A DNA stretch of 57,188 nucleotides, counting the filler, from Bipalium vagum (lineage: Eukaryota), in the NCBI GenBank assembly GCA_037834085.1. It is 3 parts of 3 records of this genome, joined end to end, with 100 filler letters (N's around TTAATTAATTAA, not from the genome) between each part and the next. Parts side by side here need not be neighbours in the genome. Positions count along the whole stretch, not along the records: positions 1 to 18,571 come from JBBMKC010025164.1; positions 18,672 to 38,604 come from JBBMKC010263755.1; 1 more part is not named here. The stretch is one strand, 5' to 3'. The notes under the pieces are model-generated. The model worked only from the letters and a program-made list of their open reading frames with translations. It was not told the origin of the DNA and made no database searches. A program made the translations under genes and the position numbers. Below are positions 13,001 through 23,900 of the stretch, one piece after another; the stretch's first letter is position 1; every line of letters starts with the position of its first letter.

Positions 13001-15073
13001 GTATAATTAAAATATCTATATTTGTTTTTCACAATTTTAATTATTTTTTAACATTCATTTAAACAAAATAATTATTTAGAAAATAATTTTTTAATTATTG
13101 TTTTCACAAAATTATTCTGCTTAATATTTACATCCGGCCTCCATTTCTAACTTAAAATTAACTTGTTTTACGATTTAATCAATAATTAAATCAATTATTT
13201 TACTTTTTGTTGAAAATAAATAATTTATAGCTCTAAATGTTGCTTAATTACAATTTGTGACGAAATGCCCAAAATCCTGGAAATATGAACTTAAAACCAT
13301 ATTATAAGTGGGTTTCAATAAATGCTTTATTTACATTAACCTTATTAAATGGATAATAAGCTCAGTGTGGTATGCACCTCATCTTGAGAAAGTCGAAATA
13401 CGTTGAAGATGTAATATCTGGTCAGTGTTGAGATGCCAACAAATTCCCGTCTTTTCTGTATGGGTCTCAGAATGGGTCTTTACCGTAAAAATGGTTTAAG
13501 TTATTTTGCAGTAGGAATCCAAACTCAGGATAAAGTTTTATCTCTAGTAATTATCTGTTTAGACATGGGGCCATTATGTTTTAGGAGCATATTGAAAAAA
13601 GATCTACACAATCTGTTTGGATTTGATTAAATAATGGATGGATTCACTTTCTTGTTTCATTCACAAATAGATAATATTGGACTGATCCCGGTGGTTTTTA
13701 TCAAATGTGTAAAGTTGTGCACATTGAAAAAAAATATTAATTATTATAAGCACAGATTTAAGCGGTATCTTTAACAAATAAAAATATACCACTTAATACA
13801 CATGTAACCACAGTTTTTAAGTTTCAGAGATTGAAATTGGATCATTTCCAACTGTTAAATATTTATATTAACTTTGAAAAACAGTTCAACAAGAAAAATA
13901 AAACCCACGTTAAATATCGGTAGGTTCTGTTTATCTATTCAGAAATAATATCGATTTTTAACTTATTATTTTACAGAGAAGGACAGACTTCCAAACGGTA
14001 GAAATCTGTCTGTGCCTACTTCGAAAAAAGATATTATTAGAAAATATTAGGTCATCAGGAAAGTCCTGTGGATTTTTTACCAAAAAATCTGTCCAAAAAA
14101 AAGTTCAACAGTTTTTAACGATTTTATTTAATAAAATATTCTCTCATTCCGTTTAAATGGTCTTCGCCATTAGTCTGTTAATTGAATAATCCCTATTTGG
14201 TAAAAATAAGTAGGCTTAAGTAAACCAATTGCTTTTTGATGATCACAAATGAATCAAACTTTCTGTCGGTTAATGAATTTTTGAGGGATAAAAATAAAAG
14301 GTAATCCAAAATGGATAAGTCAGGAGAGTGTGTGCTGTAGTCTTCTACAAAATTTCATCATCACAACCAGGTGGGTGTCCAGAATGAGCATTGCCTTCTA
14401 GATTGGAATTCTGGCCTTTGAATTTTAAAAATTATCTCCGAATCGTGTCTATTGACAAAACACCTTGTCCTTAGCCTTCACAAATAACCTTATTAGTGGA
14501 AATTTCAACATTTTGACCTTATAAAAATAAAATAGGAATACCTATCGTAAATAGTTCTTCAGCAGATACATTTCTTAGTATTAAAATAAACTAAATAGTA
14601 TTTTCTATTTAAATTTTTTCCCCGCTTATTTCTACCGTTTTATTTTTTATTTCAATACTTTATTTAAACAAATAAAAATTATATACCAAAAATATAAACT
14701 TAAAAAGAATTCATTAAAATTCCACAGGATTTTCCGGATGAAAATCTTAATACTATACAAAGTAACATGAAAACCAAATACTCCACTCAGTTATAAGAAA
14801 CAGATAATAAAAAGTTATTGAAAACCAATACATCAATATTTGATAAAAGAAAAATTATTTTATTATCCTTATTATTTATTATGTCAATATTCATTATATT
14901 TTTACCTTGTAAATTTCATCGTCTTCTGCGAAAATGGAATCGACAAAAGTTTCGTTGGTACTGTTAGCAAAATTTCGATCCATGTTATAATAAGTAAGGG
15001 AGTTGTCCGTATTCTGAGCATTAGACGAAGTTCTTGTCAAATCAACTATTGGTTTTGCGGATCGACCAGGTAA
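4033..15073 (-). CDS. Multi-exon gene, 3' part; probable FRS2/Gab(DOS)-like receptor tyrosine kinase docking adaptor
   Basis: Phase-consistent exons 9592-9664, 9362-9542, 7786-7825, 4569-4749 and 4033-4524 (introns of 49 and 44 bp between close pairs). A clean 168-nt GT-AG exon lies at 14906-15073 and a candidate at ~10474-10555, but their linkage is not resolved. The product has YxN motifs (YYNM, HSYFNL), PPQVPKR/PSIPPK and a terminal Tyr pair LNYLD...IEYSEINDARTEGL. No PTB/PH domain was found, so the family call is inference. Confidence 0.55.
8134..8341 (+). mobile_element. Probable LTR remnant followed by a tRNA-Trp-type primer-binding site
   Basis: Starts TGTAGGG at 8134 and has AATAAA near 8288. 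TGGTGACCTCAACGTGA at 8325-8341 matches 15/17 of TGGTGACCCCGACGTGA, the complement of the metazoan tRNA-Trp 3' end as I recall it. No gag/pol is recognisable. Confidence 0.45.
8850..9119 (+). mobile_element. Possible hAT 3' end remnant
   Basis: Peptide VNIEKGF...SNRLSQNVVDEI resembles the hAT dimerisation motif (ER.FS...RNRL). Repeated acaag/cttgt subterminal motifs; terminus caggccctg. Confidence 0.35.
10811..11438 (+). mobile_element. Internally deleted Tc1/mariner (maT/Tc3-like) element
   Basis: Termini CAGGGT...ACCCTG-TA; internal remnant RSSD..FLW.YIK.K (like RSPDL..DFFLWGY.K.KV). Confidence 0.6.
14045..14752 (-). mobile_element. Internally deleted mariner with both TIRs
   Basis: tcatcaggaaagtcctgtggatttttta is nearly the reverse complement of taaaattccacaggattttccggatga. 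Minus-strand remnants ICEG.GQGVLSIDTIR, KFKGQNSNLEGNAHSGHP and HSPDLSILDYLLFLSLKNSL. Confidence 0.85.
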
Positions 15074-16378
15074 CTGTGATCAATAAAATTTACCGGTTTA
15101 TTTTTAAAAATCAATCAATTTTTTAATTAATCGATTTTTAAGTATTATAAACAAATGATTACATTCATCATAAAAACCAATCGCATTTCGAATAATAAAT
15201 AAATAAAATATTTTAATTGATAATATAAAAAATTATTAAAAATATATAAATATTCTGTTTAGTGGCATGTCATGGACATCACTGAAAATACAGTTAAAAA
15301 TAAGACTGTAATAATATTCGAAGAAACTGTTTTAATCTACGATAAAATATAAATAGAAAATAAATTCTTTTCTAAATTACCGAAAGACTGGAATGAAACG
15401 GTAATTAAGCGAAATTAATAAAAAATTGTGAACAAAACATCAAAATGGGGATAAAATGAATTTTTATTTATAAAAATTTACATTCCTCAAAACATTTGCA
15501 AAAAATAATTATTGATTCTAAAAACAGTGAACAAATAGTTGCATCATATTGGTAAACAAAAATCACGGTTCACATCTCAGTACAAAACTATTGATCCATT
15601 CTCTTTACTTGAATAATTATCATAAAATAATTTCAAATGGAAATTATTAGTTCCGTAGTTTTAAGCTCAAATCAATAGATCAAAAACTGATCTGATTCTA
15701 ATTCGTTTCAACAATAAATATTTCTGTTCTGCAGTTCAGCGAAAGATATGAAAGTAATAAATATTTATATATATTTGTAGATCAAAGTCAGATCGATAAA
15801 GAAAAATTTTCTCCAGTGAAACCAGTGAAAAAATAAAAATATTATCAGTGGTAAATAAATCACAGAGGAAAGATTAAATGGCATTGTCAAGAGATCTCCT
15901 TGTGTCAGCGGATAATTCATTAAAAAAAGTATCAACAATTTCTGAATTAATTATTATTAATTCAACATAATAATAACTCAATAATAAAAAAAATCGATCA
16001 CAATGTTCGCGGAAATGCAAAAAAGTATAAATAATATTTTTAAAAATAACATGCGTTAACCAAAATAAAAAATTAATAACAGCAAAACTTTGAGCATAAA
16101 CGAATAATGACAAATTAAAAATTACTTTTAAATTAAATAAATGTTTTGCCTATATTTTATTGATTATATTAATAAATAATAAAATGAAAATAAAAATGAA
16201 AATAAAATAAAATTATAATAATAATTATTTATAATAACAAGATCAATTTCAAAATGAAATGTTCCCGTTTTGAGATCCTTGAATAATTAAAAACAAAAAG
16301 ATGATCAATGCAGAATCACAATAAAGTTTATTGAACAAAAATTGATTCGATGACAAAAATATTAGAAATAATATATTT

Positions 16379-16379
16379 A

Positions 16380-16410
<31 letters not shown>

Positions 16411-16420
16411 TAATAATAAA
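16379..16420. repeat. (AAT)n microsatellite
   Basis: Direct inspection. Confidence 0.85.
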
Positions 16421-17909
16421 TATATTAAATTTTAATTGTCCAAATCCAACGAAATTTGATGAGCAGATAATATTGGATAAATTTTTAAAATGTAAAGAAG
16501 TTAAACAATAAAATAAGAATTATTAAAACGATATTAATATTATCATTCCTTGTTCTCAACCAACTGTGAAACAGACGGCTGTTCTAATGGTTTAATCGAT
16601 CGTAATTGTAATTGGGCTATATAAATTACTAATTAAATAAAAAAGAGTGGGAAATATATATATTGTCTATGAAATATATTTTTCCTCATCTGGCTGCATA
16701 AATAACTAAAAAATATTTATTTTTCTGAATTTTCGAAAGCAAATATCAGGCATTCATATTTTCAGAAAGAAAAAAAACAAATTCCAAAGTGATAAATAAA
16801 AAATGTTGCTGACAATATCGAGTTTTCCATGATTTCTAAATTTCCAGTTTGTTTTCGAACATAGAAAAAGTACGGCTTTAATTCAATAATATATGGCTTC
16901 AGTAATGATGTAAAAATTGTAAAAAAAATGAAAAATATTTTTATAAAGACAGATCTAAATATAGATTATCGAAAATTTCTGTTAAAAACTGCTCTTATTT
17001 TAATTTATTTTCATCTACGGAAAATAACCTTATAATAATAATTATTACTATCTTTTTTAATAAATCAATAATAATTATTATTATTGTTTTAATAAATCAA
17101 TAATTATTTTTATTAATATTAATTTTAAAAATTTAATAATAGATCACCTATGGAAAGGAGAATTAATTATTTTCGATCTTTACTCGAGGGCTTACCTACA
17201 AATTTTTTTTTTAAATTTGACTGTATTATAATTTTTTTGAATTCGGCCATTTCATAAAATCAATGTTAAAAATTAAAAAGAACAAAATTGAGAAAAGTTT
17301 TTAATGCATATTTTAATATATACCACAAAAAAATTAAATGTGATTTGTTAAAAAACAAATACCAAAATAAACCATCTACAGACGGTGTCAATAAATTTCT
17401 AAAAATAACGATTTCTTCTAAAAGGGATTCCGTTATTTTATTAAACTTAATCAATAACAGTGATGAAAATCAGAAAATTACCAGGATTTTTGGAAATTTA
17501 TTTCACAGGAAATAATAATCAGTAGGAAATTGTTTATTATTAAAAATATGTAACAAAAATGAACTTTTGGAAGGTCACTGTGGTCTGAGACAAATGGGAT
17601 AATTAAAATTTATTATTAAAATATTTAATTTAAGAAAAAAAATTATGCAAACTGGTCGCAAAACGAACAAACGCGAAAAATTATAAAGATGGCCGAGAAC
17701 GACTTGGGAAAGAACATTTCCGAAGGTAATTATTTCTTTTTTAATTGTAGGTTTCGAAACAAAGTTGAGGAATTGATGAATTAAGGGTTTTCAAGAAAAA
17801 TGATTTTTCTGGTTCAAAAAAAAACCCAATAGAAAAATAAAATTCACACAAAAATACATTGGAAACATAATACCATAATTATGAGTATAATTTTCATATT
17901 GATTGCTCC

Positions 17910-17917
<8 letters not shown>

Positions 17918-17941
<24 letters not shown>
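17918..17941. repeat. (TA)n microsatellite
   Basis: Direct inspection. Confidence 0.9.
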
Positions 17942-18501
17942 TACAGAATATTCACATTTCAATTTCAATCACATTTAATTTTGTGGGAAAATTATGTCTG
18001 CAATGCCTTTCTATTGAAATACTGACATTATTGATATAAGGGAAATTAACAATTAAACAGCATTGGGCAGATTATAGCCTCAAAATACAATTAAATACGT
18101 TAACTAAAAGGGACTTTCTAAACTTCATATTAATATTCACAATTAATATAATTATAAATAAATAAATTCATAAATTTTTAGAAATAAATAATTAATAAAT
18201 ATTTTTATTATTATTTAAAAGTATTTTTATTTATATTTTCCTTTAACTTGAACCACGGTCTTTTAGGATAAAGATATATAAAGATAATGTTCCAAACTTA
18301 TTTTTCATCGACCGTTATTAACTGTTTCAAAAATTACCTATTTTGTTGCGTTAGATAAGAAAATCGCAGATTTCAAAGTTTTGTCTAATGTGACTTTCCT
18401 TAAATTGGTAAGGAACCGATAAACCGATTTTTTTCAAGTAGCTAATAGGATTGATATGGCTTTCGATGATTGGACGTTTTACCGTGAGCTTCCTTATAGG
18501 G

Positions 18502-18571
18502 TTTTTACTTTAAAAGTATAACTTTTTACTTAATTAGTATAAATTTTTACTTTAAAAGTATAACTTTTTAC
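18502..18571. repeat. ~21-bp tandem repeat (tttttactttaaaagtataac) running into the gap
   Basis: About 3.3 imperfect copies visible. Confidence 0.85.
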
Positions 18572-18671
18572 NNNNNNNNNNNNNNNNNNNNNNNNNNNNN
18601 NNNNNNNNNNNNNNNTTAATTAATTAANNNNNNNNNNNNNNNNNNNNNNNNNNNNNNNNNNNNNNNNNNNN
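18572..18671. other. Assembly linker/gap (N44-TTAATTAATTAA-N44)
   Basis: Exactly 100 bp; the central 12-mer has stops in all six frames. Confidence 0.98.
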
Positions 18672-18746
<75 letters not shown>

Positions 18747-18775
18747 CATAATAACATAACATAATAATAATAATC
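18672..18775. repeat. (TAA)n microsatellite
   Basis: Perfect run to ~18743, degenerate afterwards. Confidence 0.95.
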
Positions 18776-18869
18776 ATAAAACTTTTGATCTTTTCCAGGA
18801 AAGAAATCATCCAGTTTAGTTTTTTTATGCCATCCGAAGCAAATTTCTTCCCAGCCAAATATTTAAAAT

Positions 18870-20434
18870 TGATCGAAAAACGTTACGGGAATGGTTGGAA
18901 ATAAATATCTAATTCGTAATGTCGATGGCAAACGACAACGTCTAGATGGTGGTGGCCGTAAATTAATTTCTGAGGAGCTGAAAGAACTGCTTTTTGAAAA
19001 AATTCTTGACGAAAGGTTGCAAAAAAAGAAAGTTTCGCGAATGATGATTATTAAATGGGCCCATTTGTTTGTTAAAGATTTAGAAATGCCAACTTTTAAA
19101 GCAGCCATTTGTGGCTAGATAATATTTTGAGAAGAAACAAGTTGACAATTAGAATAGCCAAATGGTTAAGTAATTTGAGTGATGAATAAATTGTTGAACG
19201 TGGTATAAGTTTTATCCTTCTTTTCAAAAATATGATAGAGTGGAAAAAAAAGTTACAACCGTTACAGAGCCATTATAAAAAATTAATAATCTTTGAGTAA
19301 CAGAACTCAATTTTAATAACATTAATTTATTTTAAAAATATAATCAAAAAATTGAAATACTTGATAGAATCTTTAGCACCTCTCTCCTTCTTCATAAGTT
19401 CTACTCTACCAACATAAAGAATATTTTCTCTCACTGGATCACTACTTATCTTGCAAGATCGATGTTGCATTGTATTTTCTACCTGCAAATAGGAACGAAA
19501 ATAATTTTATGACTGGAAATAAAGGAGAAATAACCAACCTTAACTTTGTTGAGATTGAAAACCGATCCTAATATTGTGACGAATTTTCTCTTGAATTCAT
19601 TGTCCGACAAATGATGAACAAAGCAATCGAGAGCATCAAGAAAATAACACACGACTTGGTCTTGATGATGATTCACATTTTACAAATTATCATATTGGTG
19701 CTAATAAAGTGACAATTCTTTCTGAAAATCTATCGCGATTTCGAGTGACTGGTATATGTGCTGCTTCGGTAACCGGCAAAAAACTGTTGCCAACTCATTA
19801 TTAAAGGAAAATCCGAATCCATTTATACAAAGAACAATGTTGTTTTTTTAACTGCTCTAAAGTCTTGGATAAATTATAGTCTCCTGTAAAAATGGATCGA
19901 TTATATGTTTCCGGCTGTTACTGTAATGCCTAATCAAATATTACTGATTTTTGATAGTGCTAGAAGTCATCTTTCAAAGGATGTAAAGGAATTCTTTATT
20001 GTGTTATTCCTGAAGGACTAACTGGATTATTGCAACCTGGAGATACATTTTGGTTCTTAAATTTAGTCTGTGTGCACCGGTTAGACAATAGCTTCAGAGT
20101 GATACTTGGGAAAGAACCAAAACTGGGAAAGTAAAAGTTTCATCTAGTGATGTTCTTGAAACTTGGTTCTCCACTTCATGGATGCCCTAAGTAAAGATTT
20201 AATCAGAAAGAGTTTTATGTTAAGCTTTCTAAGAGAAAGTGAAAATTTATTAATTGCCAAAGATACACAGCTTGGACAAAAATTTTTGGAAGATCTGAGC
20301 TTGAAGATCTAATGGGTCCATTAGTTCAATCCATTAGTTCTTCATCTGATGTATTTGATATAAATACCCCATCAGGTATTTTTTGTACCTCGGGAGACTA
20401 ATCCCCATGGGGAATTAATCGAAGATTTAGAGTA
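18870..20434 (+). mobile_element. Decayed pogo/Tigger-family DNA transposon (CENP-B HTH + DDE_1) carrying a captured MDN1 fragment
   Basis: Remnants RQRLDGGGRK...KVSRMMI...FKAA.GWLDN.LRRNKLTIR, then after the insert RFRVTGICAASVTGKKL...IIKGK, LLIFDSARSH, VIPEGLTGLLQPGD and TKTGKVK...W...LSKDLIRKSF. The 3' terminus is ...gattagag-like (gaagatttagag-TA at 20421-20434). The 5' end was not found next to the gap and microsatellite. Confidence 0.88.
19252..19663 (-). pseudogene. Duplicated genomic fragment of MDN1 (copy of 34947-35358: partial intron, 122-nt exon, intron, partial exon)
   Basis: Colinear with a constant offset of 15695, no indels and 8 substitutions in 412 bp by eye. Same orientation as MDN1. 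Confidence 0.97.
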
Positions 20435-20970
20435 TGATTGAAAATTACTCCACAAATTGTACCTATTTAGCTTATATTTAGTAATAACTATTGTATATAA
20501 TAGAACCTTAACTGAAATGGACAGCAGCGTCGAAATCTATTAATTTCTTAATATTAATTTATGGTTCTTTTAGTTCTGTCTATAAATTTTCAAGTTTTTC
20601 TACAAATTTGATCATTTTTCGTTTTTTTTCCAACCATTTGCAATATTCAAAATTTTATATATACTATCTAGAGGGGATACAATCTAACGTTTCATACGTT
20701 AGTTGTATTATTTTAATATTTTATAATTGATGAAATTTTTATTTTTTACAAAAAGAAAAAAATCAAAAACTGAAATAAAATATATTGAAATTCAATTTAA
20801 GTATTCAACAACCAAATAAAAAATAAATATTTATCAGAAAATTTCAATATCAGAAAATACTCAATTTTTAAAAAAATAAAATCGATTTAAACAAAGATTG
20901 TCACAAAAAATACAGAAATAAATCCTTCATTTATTTTTTACAAAAATTTATTTCAGACAATAAGAATGCA

Positions 20971-23900
20971 CTATCGAGTCGAGTATCGATCTCCGCCTGA
21001 CGACAAAGCGAACCACTGACGAAGAGCATCGGACAACAGAACGGGTAACTTAACAACGTTTTGCAACACGATAAAATGCTGGAAGGGGAAATGATCGAGA
21101 AACCGTACGAAATCTGTTCCGTCGTCTACGACCATCTTTAGATTGGTTATCGATTCCTTCTGATCCGGATGATCCAAAATCACGACAACGACCATGATGC
21201 CCCTGTGGTGCGCCTCACGAATCAATCCCACCAATTTCGGGTCGGAAACGTCCTCCGATAGATTTCCGTCGGACAGAATGATTAGAAATTGAGACGTGGA
21301 CGACGAATTTCGGCAACGATTTTCTTCAAATAACTTCAAAGTCTGCTCGAGCATAGGCACGAATTTCGAACTGCGATCGGTAAAGTCGAATTTATCAATC
21401 AATTCTTCACCAATTTCTGTGCTGAAAGTTTCGTAGAGCGGCACGACTTCTTCGGCCCTGTCTCCGAACTTACATACCCCAACCTGACCTACCTTAAGCA
21501 TTTTCAGTCCTTCTAAAACGATAGCCAAACTCTCGAAAAAAGTTTGGTCACTGACGTTGTACGACATCGACTTTGAGTTGTCTACAGCGATGATAACCTG
21601 GTATTCCCGTTGACGGGGCCGAATTCGTCGCATCCAGAAATTATTTTTGCTATCGTCTCCAGATGCCAAAATGTGCACCAACCGTTTCATATTGATTCTC
21701 TTACCCGAACTGAACGCACCGCCCAGCACGTTGGCCTTAGTCGGGTTGAGAACTGTTCGCAGATTCTCGCACAGGTCACCTATCAGGTACTGAATTCGAG
21801 ACACCACTTTCAACCATGTCAACTTTTCCGCGACTGTCTCAAGATTTTCTGCTACCACCACAGAATCGCAACCGTCCTTCTTCGCGTCATCATCGTTGTT
21901 CGATTGTTTTGGGTCTGTTTTCTTGTTCTCTTCCGTTTTGACACACGTCTTGTCTTCATTGTAATCATCTTCTTCCCGCTGATCCTGTTTCGCTTTGTTC
22001 AGCTGATCATCATCATCCTCACCGTCATAATCAATTTCCGGTATGCGCTGCTCTTGATTTGCTGTAGCGTCGTCGATTACCTGGTCTTCTTCATCCCGAC
22101 CATCGTCTTCATCAGCATTGTCATTTTTGTCGATATGTGCATAACTGTCAGCCAATTTCTGTCTTTTACAATCGTTCTCTTTTTCTTTCATGTCCACAAC
22201 ATCAGCTTTTCGCTTGAATTTCTCGTCAACATTTCCCAATTTCCGATTCTCTGATGGTTTCGACATCTCCTTTTCGTTCTTTTCCATTGGTGGTATTTCA
22301 TCGGAATGTTTCGATTCTTGTTGATCAATGCGACCGCTCTCTGAATTTTCCATGTTCTTGAAATTATCGCAACCATTTCCATTTCCATTGACTCCGTTGT
22401 CATCATTTTCTCCCGACATTTCTTCTGCGTCCATTTGAATATCATATGTCATTTCTTTCTCATTTGAGCAATCATTTCTGCCGACAATATTTTGTTCCTG
22501 GACTGTCAAATCGTTATCATTAGATTCGGTGTTATCTTCTGGATTCTCATCCTTCATTCTATTATCTTCAAGTTCAACTGGGTCTTCATTTGTCTCGCCA
22601 TCCCCTTCCACATCTTTTTCGTCTTCCTCATTGTTTTCATTATCCATTCCTGCCTCGTCTTGATTGATTTTATTATCCAATTCTCCATTTTCCTCGTTTT
22701 CATCCAAGCATCCATCATCATCCCAAAATTGATCAATGGCATCCATCTCATTTTCTTTTTCTTCATCCTGAACGTCATTGTTTTCCATCTCACCCTCCTG
22801 TTCTCCCCATTCGTTTGCATTTTCATTCGGTAAGATAGGTTCTTCCTTTTCTTTTGATTTTTCTTCTTCGTCATTACCACATTTTTCCTCATCGTCTGCA
22901 ACCGTTTCAACTTCATTTTCTTTCGAAGAGACACCTCCATTTCTTTTGTCCTCATTCATTTTTTTCTTCTCTTCATCATTGTTCTTATTGTCTTCCTCCT
23001 TTTCCGGATTTTCTTTATCCCAAGAATCTTTGTTAACATCGGTTTCTGGTGATTCACCTACTTCTCCCATTTTGTCCTCTAGATCTTTCATCTCGTCCTC
23101 TTTATCATTGTCATCGTCATTTTTATTCTTTTCCTTATCTTCTTTGTTGTCGTGCAGTTTGGCTTCGAAATCTTCAGTCATCTCAATACCGTTTTCTTCA
23201 TCTTCAACGTCTTTGTCTTGGTTCTCATCATTTTTCTGATCTTTGTTTGTACCTTCGATTTGTGATTCTGACTCAATTTGATCACTGACATCATTCATTC
23301 CAGTTCCTCCCGAATCCATACCTGCCATTTCAAAGTCATTTATTTTCTCGTTCTGTGAACCCTGTCCCTCATCACTATTCTTTTCCCATATCGACTCATT
23401 GGGCTTGCAGAACCCTTCGGTCATCAACTTTGAAGTCACAGTTATAAGAGCGTCCGTTGCACCCAACAAAACATTATGAATATTAATCAATAAAATTGAA
23501 AACTCTTGATTCAAATTCATCAATCGATTGAGATTAGGCAAAAACTCTTCATTAATATTCCTTCTCAACTCCTCCAATGAAGAAAGATTATGAATCGCTT
23601 TAAAACCATCTATAATTGTTTGTAATTGATTTCCGATTTTATCTATTCCAATACACATTTCCATTTTATCGACTTCATCAATCATTTTCACAATTGATAA
23701 ATCGATATCTTGATCATCATTACACACCTTATTCTTCAAATACAAATCACTAAATTTTGTTAAACTTTCATTAACGGATAACTTCACATTATCGATCATT
23801 TTTTTAAATTCTGTCAACGAGCTGGGTTCGTTCTGTAAATTGGTTCTCGGCAATGATTTCAACATCCTCGATTCAAGTTCTTCAATAATCGTCCAATTTC

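Noticed and set aside
13300-13740. Possible DD37D transposase C-terminal relic
   Set aside because: Only a loose resemblance (LDMGPLCFRSILKK); no TIR found.
17635-17725. Plus-strand exon-like segment ending AAG|GTAATT
   Set aside because: No partner exons or recognisable product.
18616-18858. ORF with poly-Ile and X residues
   Set aside because: Translation of the (TAA)n microsatellite and the N linker.
19479-19676. 65-aa ORF nearly identical to the end of ORF 35174-36085
   Set aside because: Part of the captured MDN1 fragment reading into intron sequence; not an independent gene.
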